A stretch of DNA of 64,000 nucleotides from an uncultured Methanosarcinaceae archaeon (GTDB taxonomy: Archaea > Halobacteriota > Methanosarcinia > Methanosarcinales > Methanosarcinaceae), in NCBI GenBank assembly GCA_963847185.1, contig CAWJYV010000010.1, positions 544,001 through 608,000 on the forward strand. The letters are read 5' to 3'. The translations under genes and the position numbers were made by a program. The notes under the pieces were generated by a model. The model searched no databases. It saw only the letters and a list, made by a program, of their open reading frames with translations, and had not been told where the DNA came from. Position 1 is the stretch's first letter, and each line of letters begins with the position of its first letter. Below, in pieces: positions 45,352 to 55,783 of the stretch.

Positions 45352-46002
45352 CAGATGCTTCTAAATGCACTATTTTTTTTTAAATTGTCTCCCAAATTAT
45401 TTTCATTTCGTTTTTTAATCGTTTTTCAACTACCCGTCAGCTGCCGGAGTTGATTTATTTTTGTCTTGCCGACTATCTTCGACTTAACAACCATAATATT
45501 GACCAAATTAAATAAAAAGATACTTATTATAACTACATATATAAAAGTAAGACCATTATTAAAATAAGTGTTATTAAAGTGTTTATTGGAAAAAAGAGGA
45601 TTCGTAGATACTTAGAGAACAAGCTATTGGTCTTTAAAGGGTTGATAGGCATAAAATAAGCGTTTGAACCTTTATTATTTGTGACCTTCCTGAACATAAG
45701 AAGAGGTCAATGACTCGGAACAACGAAGGTCAAACAACGAAGGTCAAACACCAAAGCGCAAACCCTAGATATAATACAATTTCAACGAATTCATCGAATG
45801 TAATATCAAACCCCTCCTTCAATCTGTCCAATACAACATTTCGATAAACGTGGAGTTTGAACTTATAATGGACGCATGGAGAAATTTATTTAAATCAAGT
45901 AATAGGAACAATGATACCACTTATATAATATTTAATGACTTTTTAGCTGTTCACATACATTAATAACTAATGATGTCCATCAATATTCATGAGTTGAAAA
46001 CT

Positions 46003-46233
46003 ATGGAAAAAATAGTCAAAATAGTAACTTATCTCTTAGCCGCTATAGGGCTCGCTTCTATTGTAAAACATATACACACCATGCGCTCAAAAGAAGGTTG
46101 TTGTTTGTGTGGTTGGCATAAAAAGAAAGAAGAAGAGGAAAAACCAACTGGTGCAACTGCATCGCATAAAACGAAAGAAGAAGAGGAAAAACCAACTGGC
46201 TCAAGATATGGTTCCAATCCGGTGAAATACTAA
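46003..46233 (+). CDS. Small single-TM protein, paralog of 2801..2983, with internal duplication
   Basis: YLLAAIGLASIVKHIHTM..KEGCCLCGWH; HK.KEEEEKPTG twice; ends GSRYGSNPVKY. Confidence 0.7.
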   Translation: MEKIVKIVTYLLAAIGLASIVKHIHTMRSKEGCCLCGWHKKKEEEEKPTGATASHKTKEEEEKPTGSRYGSNPVKY

Positions 46234-46574
46234 TATCCTGAATTCATTTTTATTCTTTAATCGAGTCTGGTTAACATTGCCGGTCAGGTATCTCTGGTAG
46301 CAAGCAGCTCCTCGTGAGCGCGCTCGTGAATGATATCAGGCAGTTGGAATCCATCTCAGTGTGAAGGAGACCTTTGTGGAGTTCTTGATGAGCTCGACGA
46401 GCTCGGGATCATCCCAGATCCTCTAACAATCCAGGCACTAACCGGGGCGTCCATCTGCTGGGATGATGATGCTTTTTGGGATGTTTCAGCCAGTAAAGTA
46501 TATGCGTAGGGTGGGGGCGTGCCGGCAGGATTCGTGCAGGTCTGGGAAGATACAATCCAGGATACCTCAAGAAA

Positions 46575-46833
46575 ATGCCAAAAAGAGCTGGCACTATCAA
46601 ACTGTACGACAGAGACAACAATCTAATCCTGTCCAAATGTTGCCAGAATACCCCTGCTTGTCTCTGGCTCACGATTTCTGCATCTAATCCCTGCAGTCGC
46701 GCTCGTGTAGTATTATATCACTACTTTTCCAAAAACAGTTTGACATTTAGTTCTTCTTTTGAATCAGCCCTTTGATATTGATTCTTTCATTGAAACAATA
46801 TACAGGAAGTATGGACAAGTTTCCCCTTTTTGA
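46575..46833 (+). pseudogene. Decayed small gene, homolog of 42977..43231
   Basis: RAGTIKLYD..NNLILSKCCQN..CLW; after a frameshift KTV*HLVLLLNQPFDIDSF..KYG. Confidence 0.55.
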
Positions 46834-46839
46834 GTAGAT

Positions 46840-47114
46840 TAGCGGGAAGAATTACCCTTTCAGACCTCAGGAGCAAGGTAAAGTATGGGGAGATAAACAA
46901 AAAAATAGGAGACATAGCTACCCGAAACCTTGCAGTTGCTTATCCTGACGAAAGCCTTGACATTATCCTCAATCGTCTTGCAGTAAAAGAAATAGGACGG
47001 CTTCCGGGAGTTGACAGAGAGGATAAAACAAAACTTCTTGGCCTGATCACTCGGAGCGATATCGTAAATTCGTATAACAAGAAAGTTGTCGAAAAATTCC
47101 GGGATCCATACTGA
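46840..47114 (+). pseudogene. C-terminal CBS-domain fragment (resembles a ClC chloride-channel tail)
   Basis: GRITLSDL...VAYPDESL...IGRLP.VD...LLGLITRSDIV; lacks N-terminal part and a credible start. Confidence 0.65.
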
Positions 47115-47223
47115 AAAACAGTAAACCTAAAAAGATCCCCTTGCAAAAAAGAATAGAACTAGAACGGATATATCCATATAACGGATATATTCTTGTATAT
47201 TCCTTACAAATGGTGGGGGCCTT

Positions 47224-50200
47224 ATGTCTGGAATTAAAAGCAGCTTAAGCGGGGAACTGGAAAGGTACCTGAGAAATATAATACTGGAGGATAGGGGTGA
47301 ATTATGTAGTTTTTACATAGAACTATCTGCCAGAGAAATGTTACCAATCACGCGCCGACTTTTTGAAGAAAAAGTTTCCCTTCCTCATGAGTTCGAACTC
47401 TCGGAACTTGTGGAAAAAGAAAAACATTTAATGATTTACGGAGAAGCAGGCCAGGGAAAAACAATAACCCTTAAATGGCTGAATACTGCCTTTTCCAGGA
47501 AGTTTCTTGAGAAAAAAGAAGGGTATATTCCAATTTATGCAGCCCTTGATTCCTATGTAAAAGGCTCTTTTTACGATAATTTGAAAGCAAGTGCAAAGAA
47601 AAAGGGTATTTCTGAGCCCAATTTCAGGAAGTTACTCGATGGAAGAGCTCTTTTTTTATTAGATGGGCTGGATCTACTAACGCCTGCTGAAAATTTTTCC
47701 CCTTTTGATGAGATCTCAGATTTTATTTCCGAGTATGAAGATTGTCGATACGTTATTACTTCAAGACCAGGGCCTTTTGGCAGTATAAAAAGTACGTTTG
47801 CACTGTCAGAGCTAGAAAAATTGTCAGATGAAAAAATAAGATATTTCATAGAAAAGCAAGTTCCGAATAAGAGACAGGCGAAGCTTTTGAAAGCCCGAAG
47901 CCTGAATGGAATACATTCAAAATCAATTTTAAGAAATCCGCTACTACTTACTCTCTGGATCAGAATTTCAATTGCTCGAATGGAAATGACAGAAAAAACA
48001 AGAAATAATCCAAACTTTATATCCCCCGACCTTATATCTTCTGAATTTATATCTTCCGACCTTATATCTTCCGAATTTATATCTTCCGACTTTACATCCT
48101 GCGATGTTGCTCCTTACGACTTTGTTTCCTCCAATCGGGCAGAATTATACCGAATTTTTATCTCTGAGCTTCTTAAAGACCCCCGACTAAGAGAAGATTT
48201 TTTAGATTCCGAGAACTTTCTCCTCTCAAAAATAAACGATAGGAAAACAAATTCTAAAAACACAACCTCTGAAAAATTGACTTTTGAAAGGGCAGATCTA
48301 AAAAGAGTAGATCTTGAAAATGTTCTAATGAACCTGGCCTTCATAATTCAGTGCAGGAACAGGATTTCATGTAAATATAGTTACGCTCTTAAGGTGGCAG
48401 AAGAGTGTGTACGCAGTACTTCTGGAAGAGTAAAAGCCAGAAACCTTCTTCACGCCTGTTTTAAGCATGGGCTTCTTACCAGAAAGGGTTCTGAAGTAAG
48501 ATTTGGGATAGACAGATCTTTTCAGGAATATTTTGCAGCTCTAAAGCTGAAAACATACTTTGAAAGCGGAGTGGATATCTCTGAAGCATTCAAGCATCCG
48601 AGATGGGAAAATGTAGTCTTATTTACTTCGGAACTTGTCGAATCAGGAGAGGAACTGGTGGACTCTATAGTTTCAAGCGGAAATTTATATCTTGCCTCAA
48701 AATGTGCCATGAAAGCCAGTCCTGAAACGAAAGAAAAATTATGCACACTTCTTTCCGGGAAACTCGATAGTAGATATATGGTGGAGAAAATAAGGGCAAT
48801 CCAAAGCCTTGGAAGGCTGGGAGCCTGTGGAATAGGAGCTAATTCGGGAGCACTTGAAGACGAAGATATAGGAGTTAGAAGAGAAGCTGTAAGGGTTCTT
48901 AGGGAAACAAAATCAGAAATAGCACTCTCCTTTCTTGAAGCTGCACTTAGAGATGAAGATTACTCTGTGAGGATAGAAGCTGTAAAGGCTTTAGGCACTA
49001 TAGGATCCGAGAAAGCTGTGGAATTGCTCTCAAATACATTTGAGGATAAAATCCGTGCTGTCCGTCTTGAAGCAACCGATGCGCTGGCGCAGATCGGATC
49101 AGAAAAGGCACTTGAAGTCCTTGTTTCCGCACTTGGGGCAAAAGACGATTTTGTTCGTTTTGGAGCTATAGGAGCGCTTGGCAGAGCAAACTCCCAGAAA
49201 GTGGCTGAGGCCCTTATAAAAGCATTTAAGGAAGAGGACAAGCTTACTCGACTGGGAGCTGCCGAGGCTCTGGGTCAGATGAAATCGGAAAGAGCTGTTG
49301 AACCTTTTGTAGACGCTCTGGGAGATAAAGATGAGTTTGTACGATGGATAGCTACAAAGACTCTTAGAGAAATAAAATCTGACAAAACCTACGATACATT
49401 CATCAATATGCTTGGGGATAAAAGCCGCTTCGTCCGTCGGGAAGCCGCAAAGGGGCTTGGTGTGCCAGGGGCCGATATAACACTTGAACCTCTCGTTTCT
49501 GCGCTTTCTGATGAAGATGAATATGTAAGAAAAACAGCCGCGGAATCTCTGGGGGAAATAGGGTCTGAAACAGCTGCTAAAACTTTGATAAATAAGCTTA
49601 ACGACAAAAGCCATTTCGTCCGGCTGGAGGCTGCAAGATCCCTTGGAATGATAAAAGTCAGGAAAGCTGCTACCCCTCTTCTTTTTGCACTGGGAGATGA
49701 AAATCATTTTGTAAGAAAGGAAGCTGCAAACGCACTCGGACAGCTGGAATCAGGAAGAGTTTTTGAGCAGCTTGTTTATGCTTTTAAGTCAGGAGATCGC
49801 CTTAGAAGGCAGGGAGCAGTAAGGGCCCTGGGACAGAAAAATCTGGATGGGATTCCGGACAGGATCTCGGATAGAGTCTTCGATTTTCTTGACAGTGCTC
49901 TTAATGACGAAGATAAGTTTGTACGGAAAGAAGCAGCAAAAGCTCTGGGAAATATCTCTGAAAGCAGATCTGAAAGAGCTTTTGAATCCCTGATTAATGC
50001 CCTTGATAATGAAGATAGTGAGGTCAGGAGGCTTGCAGCCGAATCCCTGGAATTTTTTAACTCTGAAGAAGCCGTTCCTCAACTGATATATGCACTTAAG
50101 TCCGAAGATGCAATTGTACGAAGGTCTGCAGCTAAAGCCCTTGATCAAATACACTCTAAAAAAGCCCTCAAGCCCTTGATAGATGTTTTAATTTTCGACA

Positions 50201-50679
50201 ACGATGGTTCTGTGAAAGAAGAAGCTGCAAGAGCTCTTGGAAAACTAAAAGCTAAAAAAGCTGTAGAGCCTCTTATTGACGCTCTAATGGATGAAAATAA
50301 TGAAGGAAGATGGGGAGCAGCAGAAGCTCTGGGCCGGCTTAAAGCTGAAAATGCAGTCGATAATCTCATCATTGCTCTTGAGGATGCAGATGAATTCACC
50401 CGGCTGGCTGCTGCAAAAGCCCTGGGGAGAATAAAATCAAAAAAAGCAGTAGAACCCCTCATCAGCACACTTTATGATTGGAACCGCTTCGTAAAAGCAG
50501 AAGCTGCAGGCGCTCTCAGTGAAATCTGTACGAAAGAGGATGAAGCACAATTGAAAGCTTTACTTGACTCAGAATACGAATTTGCAGCAAATCTTGCCTT
50601 TGAGATCCTGGAAAGAATCGAAATAAAGGAAATATTAAAAACCAGGCTGTTTTTAGATTTATATAAGGAAAAAGATTGA
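47224..50679 (+). CDS. NACHT-type STAND NTPase with C-terminal HEAT repeats (NLR-like)
   Basis: Walker A GEAGQGKT, Walker B LFLLDGLD, ITSRP, NPLLL, SFQEYFAA; about 19 HEAT repeats. Confidence 0.88.
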   Translation: MSGIKSSLSGELERYLRNIILEDRGELCSFYIELSAREMLPITRRLFEEKVSLPHEFELSELVEKEKHLMIYGEAGQGKTITLKWLNTAFSRKFLEKKEGYIPIYAALDSYVKGSFYDNLKASAKKKGISEPNFRKLLDGRALFLLDGLDLLTPAENFSPFDEISDFISEYEDCRYVITSRPGPFGSIKSTFALSELEKLSDEKIRYFIEKQVPNKRQAKLLKARSLNGIHSKSILRNPLLLTLWIRISIARMEMTEKTRNNPNFISPDLISSEFISSDLISSEFISSDFTSCDVAPYDFVSSNRAELYRIFISELLKDPRLREDFLDSENFLLSKINDRKTNSKNTTSEKLTFERADLKRVDLENVLMNLAFIIQCRNRISCKYSYALKVAEECVRSTSGRVKARNLLHACFKHGLLTRKGSEVRFGIDRSFQEYFAALKLKTYFESGVDISEAFKHPRWENVVLFTSELVESGEELVDSIVSSGNLYLASKCAMKASPETKEKLCTLLSGKLDSRYMVEKIRAIQSLGRLGACGIGANSGALEDEDIGVRREAVRVLRETKSEIALSFLEAALRDEDYSVRIEAVKALGTIGSEKAVELLSNTFEDKIRAVRLEATDALAQIGSEKALEVLVSALGAKDDFVRFGAIGALGRANSQKVAEALIKAFKEEDKLTRLGAAEALGQMKSERAVEPFVDALGDKDEFVRWIATKTLREIKSDKTYDTFINMLGDKSRFVRREAAKGLGVPGADITLEPLVSALSDEDEYVRKTAAESLGEIGSETAAKTLINKLNDKSHFVRLEAARSLGMIKVRKAATPLLFALGDENHFVRKEAANALGQLESGRVFEQLVYAFKSGDRLRRQGAVRALGQKNLDGIPDRISDRVFDFLDSALNDEDKFVRKEAAKALGNISESRSERAFESLINALDNEDSEVRRLAAESLEFFNSEEAVPQLIYALKSEDAIVRRSAAKALDQIHSKKALKPLIDVLIFDNDGSVKEEAARALGKLKAKKAVEPLIDALMDENNEGRWGAAEALGRLKAENAVDNLIIALEDADEFTRLAAAKALGRIKSKKAVEPLISTLYDWNRFVKAEAAGALSEICTKEDEAQLKALLDSEYEFAANLAFEILERIEIKEILKTRLFLDLYKEKD

Positions 50680-50761
50680 AAAAACACAAGAGAGAGTAAA
50701 ATTTAGAGGATAAATAAACGACCAAACGGCCTTATCCTCCATACTGAATTGTTTCTGTCAC

Positions 50762-50815
50762 ACCCGAATTCCGCTTCGGGAGCACGGGGTCCTTTTCGCT
50801 TCGCTCAAGAGGACT
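50762..50815. repeat. Double-hairpin GC-rich intergenic element
   Basis: cccgaa-ttccgc-ttcggg followed by gtcct-tttcgcttcgctcaag-aggac. Confidence 0.55.
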
Positions 50816-50900
50816 AATTTATGGCTATAACAGTTATTTTCAGTCAAGAGACATAAATTCTAGATCATTTGACCCCTACAACCTTATTCACTATATTGGG

Positions 50901-50942
50901 TCGTTCCTGTTACGCTCGACGCAGGAGAGCGGTCTTTCCCGC
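50901..50942 (+). repeat. Hairpin element copy
   Basis: 26-bp core identical to 27395-27420. Confidence 0.8.
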
Positions 50943-51028
50943 GCAAAATAGAAAGAATTAATTTAGATGGTTTCAATAAGGGAGCTGATCGAGAAATAAA
51001 GAAGTAAATTTTTACCAACAGGGATAAA

Positions 51029-54000
51029 ATGGTTATTTCAGAATTAGCTTTAGGTTTTCTTACTAACCTGATATATGATTCTTCCAAGAAAATCCCTAAA
51101 GAAATTTTTGATACTTACTCGAAAGTATATGAAAAGGCAATTGAAGAGTTTTCAAATAAGAATTATAAATTGAATGGAATACAAATTGATACTTTTTTTC
51201 ATCAGAAAAACGTGGAAACAGCAATCGAAGAATACCTGAAAAACCCGGATAAAGCTTGATTGTTCAAATATTTTAATTCAAGAGTTTTTTGAATTATTCA
51301 GTGAGGAAGATTTCTCCCGCGAAGATGCAGACTTAATCTTAAACACTTTTTTGAAATTCTAGATGCTGAGATTGAGAAATATCCTGAACTTATAATATAT
51401 CTTGATCATTACTTAGCAAAACAAACATATGAAAAGTTCAAGAGACAAATCAAGGAGTTCATGAGCTATCTCAAGAATCAAAGAAATATCTCAAACAGTT
51501 CAGGAAATACACAAAGTGGTTAATGGAAGTAGAGCAGATAAAAGTAGAAAAGAATTAGATGCAGATTTCGATGAATCAATAAAAAAATACTTGAACAAAA
51601 TAATAGATGAAGAAGGCAGAACCGAAATTAGTGAAGTATATACCGAACTTTCAGCCAAAGAAATTTTGCCAATAACCCTCAAATTCCGCGATGAGGAAAA
51701 CGATAAAACACAAGAATTTGAGGTTCTTGAGCTTGTTGAAAAAGAAGAAAAGCTTATCATTTCCGGGGAATCAGGTTCTGGAAAAACAACTACACTTAAA
51801 TGGTTAAATTACACCTTTGCCACAAAGTTATCTTGAGGGAAAAAACGAAAACATTCCCCTGTACATTGAATTAAATTCTTACATAGGTGAAGAGGTTCAT
51901 AAAGAAGCCTTTTGATGCATACGTCACGATGAAAGCAGAAGGGAAAGAATATCAGAGGACACTCTTAAAAACGATACTTAAAGGAAAAGCAATTATTCTT
52001 CTCGATGGCTTTGACCTACTTTCACCTACCGATGAGTTCTATCCCTATGACAAAATTTCCAATTTCATTTCCGAATACAGCAACTGCAGATTTGTTATTT
52101 CTTCAAGACCAGGTTTTTTTGAGAGTATAAAAAGTAGATTTCAAAGTTTCGGAATTGGAAAAACTAACCGATGAAAAAATCGAGATATTCATAAATAGCT
52201 ATGTTTCAGAATAAAGAACTAGAAAATATTCTCAATAGATAAAATCCTTGAGCAATCAACAGTTAAAATCTATATTTTCAAACCCAATGATGCTTTACAT
52301 CGCCATCAAAGTTGCAATGGAGAGAAAAGACAAGTCTGATGACTTACTGCCTTCAAACCGTTCTGAATTGTATGAAGCTTTTATTTCTACTCTTTTCAGT
52401 CATCAAGAAAAAAAAGGAAAAATCTCCATGCAGACAGAATACAGATTGAGAATGCTCTTACTGATCTATATTTTAAACTTCAGTGCAGGAATGAAGTTTC
52501 ATGCAAATATTCTGAAGCTCTAAATATTGTCAAAAAAAGCTCTGAAGATTCTATATTCAGAAAAATCACTCCAGGAAATTCTTGAAGATTGTTTCAAACT
52601 TGGACTTCTTAATAAAAAATGATTCTCATGTATCATATGGAATCCACCAGTCTTTTCAGGAATATTTTGCAGCTATAAAGTTAAAAGAGCTTTTTGAAAG
52701 TGGATTTGATGTATCAGAGGCTTTCAGTCATCCAAAATGGGAAGAAGTCGTGATATTTACCTCTGAAATGTGAATTCGGATTTAATTGACGAATTTATTG
52801 ATTCAATGATTTTAAAAGGTGAACTTTTCCTAGCTTCAAAGTGTGTAAATAAAGCAAGTGATGAAATAAAAGAAAAACTGTGTGCTTTACTTGCTGATAA
52901 AATGGATTCTAAGTATAAATTGGAAAAAATAAATTCGATTGAAAGCTTGGAAAGAATTGGAATTATCGGAATCAGTATAATTACCAAAGTCCTGAAAGAT
53001 GAAGAATCGAAGATGTGCGGTGGAATGCGGCAAAGGCACTTGGAAATATAAAATCAGAGAAAGCAGTGCAGTTACTAATAAACGCATTGAAAGATGAAGA
53101 TAAATATATGCGGCGGAATGCGGCAGAAGCACTTGGAAAATAAGATCGGAAAAAGCAGTCCAGCCACTAATCAACGCACTGAAAGATGAAAATGAAGATG
53201 TGCGGCAGGAATGCGGCAGAGGCACTTGGAAATATAAAGTCGGAGAAAGCAGTGCAACCACTAATCAACGCATTGAAAGATGAAAATCCATATGTGCGGC
53301 AGAAGTGCGGCAGAGGCACTTGGAAATATAAAGTCAGAGAAAGCAGTCCAGCCACTAATCAACGCACTGAGAGATGAAGAATTCGTATGTGAGGGGAAGT
53401 GCGGCAAAAGCACTTGGAAATATAAAGTCGAAGAAAGCTATGCAGCTGTTAATCAATCTACTGAAAGATGAAACTACATATATGAAGATGGAGTGCATCA
53501 GAGGCACTTGGAAATATAGAATCAGAAAAAGCTGTGCAGCCGTTAATCAATGCACTGGAAGATGAAGACTATCATTTGTGCGGTGAGAGTGCGGCAGAAG
53601 CACTTGGAAATATAAAGTCGGAAAAAGCTGGTCCAACCATTGATTAATGCACTGAAAGATGAAGATTATGATGTGCGGGAACGTGCGGCAGAAGCACTTG
53701 GAAATATAAGTCGGAGAAAGCGTCCAGCCACTGATCAACGCACTAAGAGATAAAAATGTATGTGAGGGAATGCGGCAGAGGCACTTGGAAATATAAAATC
53801 GGAGAAAGCCGTGCAGCCACTGATCAACGCACTGAAAGATGAAAATTCGTATGTACGGCGGAGATGCGGCAAAGGCACTTGGAAATATAAAATCGGAGAA
53901 AGCCGTCCGACCACTGGTCAATGCACTGAAAGATGAAAATGAATGTGTACGAAGGAGGGCGGCAAAGGCACTTGGAAATATAAGATCGGAGAGAGCTGTG

Positions 54001-54401
54001 CGACCGCTAATCAACTGCACTGAAAGATGAAGATAAATATATGAAGTGGAAGTGCAGCAGAGGCACTTGGAAATATAAAATCGGATGAACAGCTGTGCAG
54101 CCACTGATCAATGCATTGAAAGATGAAGATAAATATACGGCGGAACTGCGGCAGAGGCACTTGGAAATATAAAGTCCATAGAGAATACCGATATGCAAAA
54201 GAGAAAAACTTACCAATTCTTGTTTTCATCAAAGGTGAAAGGAATATAGAACATGAACAGGGAACTGAAACACTATTTAGGGAGATTGAATCTGATGACT
54301 TCAAGTACAAGAGATTCAGAAACGTTATTGAACTAAGGAATGAAGTTAAAGAATCTCTTAAAAAACTGCTTCAAGAAGAAGGTAAATTTTTGAAAAAATA
54401 A
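51029..54401 (+). pseudogene. Second NACHT-HEAT NLR-like gene with DUF4062-like C-terminal segment; heavily frameshifted (true decay or sequencing error)
   Basis: Fragments carry GESGSGKTT, ILLDGFD, ISSRP, NPMML, HQSFQEYFAA and AFSHPKWE, collinear with 47224..50679; 93-bp HEAT array; tail HREYRYAKEKNLPILVFIKG. Confidence 0.8.
52990..54176 (+). repeat. About 13 x 93-bp coding tandem repeat (31-aa HEAT units)
   Basis: Recurrent gcacttggaaatataaa(a/g)tc...ccactaatcaacgcactgaaagatgaa; consensus [31 protein letters not shown]. Confidence 0.9.
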
Positions 54402-54501
54402 GAAATTATTTTTTCAATATGATTCTACCAATTCCATATCCTCTTAAGTACATGCAATTTCACAGTAGGATATCTTAAGCAACGTTTTTTTTGTTAATTC
54501 T

Positions 54502-54532
54502 GGAAAGACCGGCCACTGGCCGGTGAGAGCGC
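54502..54532 (-). repeat. Inverted hairpin element variant
   Basis: Minus strand reads ctcACCGGCC-agt-GGCCGGTctttcc, with the same GGTCTTTCC end as the 50901 copy. Confidence 0.5.
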
Positions 54533-54631
54533 GGGGAAGAGAAATAAAGCTTAAAAAGTGAAACCAGCCCATAGTAAGTAATCAGGCACTAACATAATAT
54601 GTGAGTAGCATTGCGAATATAATTTTTAAAA

Positions 54632-54997
54632 TTATTCCAGCAGTTCCGTATCCTCATGCGAATAAGCCGGCGCACAGCAACAGAGAATTTTCAGCGGCGT
54701 GTTTCCTGTGTTTTGAATTCTGTGAGGAGTTCCGGGTGAAATGCAAATGGTATCTCCTGTTTTGACCTCGATTTCTTCAGAATCCAGAGTCATTATCCCT
54801 TTGCCTTCTGTTATGTGATAGATTTCTTCAGTCAGGCGGTGTTTGTGGAGAAGGGTTTTTCCGCTTTCAGGCACTGTGGCTTCGGCAAGACTTTGATTTG
54901 AGTTGCCGTGGACTGAAGGGCGCATGAGTTCGCGGATTATGGAACCGTCTTTTGTAACGTAAGGTTCTATTTTCTGGTATTCGGTTACTGACTGCAT
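54632..54997 (-). CDS. Cupin domain protein
   Basis: LHKH..TEEIYHI..G.G and I.PG.PHRI.N.G motifs. Confidence 0.88.
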   Translation of the reverse strand: MQSVTEYQKIEPYVTKDGSIIRELMRPSVHGNSNQSLAEATVPESGKTLLHKHRLTEEIYHITEGKGIMTLDSEEIEVKTGDTICISPGTPHRIQNTGNTPLKILCCCAPAYSHEDTELLE

Positions 54998-55129
54998 CCA
55001 AAATTATTGAAACTTGTAATTATATAATCGTTTGCTCACCCAGGGCTTTGGTGATTCAAATACATGTTGATATCCGAATCGAGGTGGTGATTCAGCTCAA
55101 TGGTGGTGATTCTAATCGATAAAGGTGGT

Positions 55130-55783
55130 TCAAATCGATGGTGGTAATTCATCTTCTTGCAATAGCTCTGAAATAAACAAGGAACAGTCCGGAAGCTTCT
55201 CAGTATCTACCATAATCAAGTTAAGGTAATAAGGACCTCCTCGTTTTATATCTAGAGGAACGGGATCAACAAATTCCAGGACATCAGCAGGATGTTTGAG
55301 ATAGAAACCTTCAAGTTCGGGATTATTCAAGTTTTCCTTGCTGGGAAGGCCTATAGCATAGATTGTGGAATCTAAAAGAGTTTCGGTTTTTGCATCCAGA
55401 ATAAGTGCAAAAAAGGAATATTGTCCGTGAGGAAGATCAAGCATGTATTTAGTATCCACATCAAGCTCGGATAATAAAAGGTTCTGCGTTCCCTTTTCAT
55501 ATACTATCAGAAGCAATACTTTGTCCTAGGAAAGTAATTCCTGAACCGTGTCAGGTAAAAAAAGGTTTCCGAAAATCAGCTCATACAGATCATACGAAGC
55601 CCCAAAATCATTTCTTATAAACAACAGACCGTCCTCGCTCAACAGAGAATAACCCAGATTACCTTGAAGATCGACTATCGGGTATTTTTTTGCAGAAGTC
55701 TCTTTCCAGAAAATATCAATAGCTTCCTCATCCATTCGAGACAAAAGGTGCATGCATGCTCCTACAACAATTTCTTTCAACAC
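55130..55783 (-). CDS. Hypothetical protein interrupted by one in-frame TAG (55526-55528)
   Basis: The two ORF-track pieces share a frame: ...VQELLS(TAG)DKVLLLIVYEKG...; purine-rich RBS before GTG 55783. Confidence 0.7.

Larger units (their letters stand above)
43583..45713. repeat. Dispersed palindrome family TCAGTGACC-N10-22-GGTCACTGA
   Basis: Copies at 43583-43610, 43672-43697, 44193-44237, 44499-44535, 44778-44811 and 45681-45713; half sites at 41686 and 42824. Confidence 0.7.

Noticed and set aside
43583-45713. Canonical integron attC sites
   Set aside because: No RYYYAAC/GTTRRRY ends and no integrase in the window; kept only as an unclassified palindrome family.
52990-54176. Diversity-generating retroelement or CRISPR explanation for the 93-bp repeats
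   Set aside because: No reverse transcriptase and no template/variable repeat pair; the units are contiguous coding HEAT repeats.
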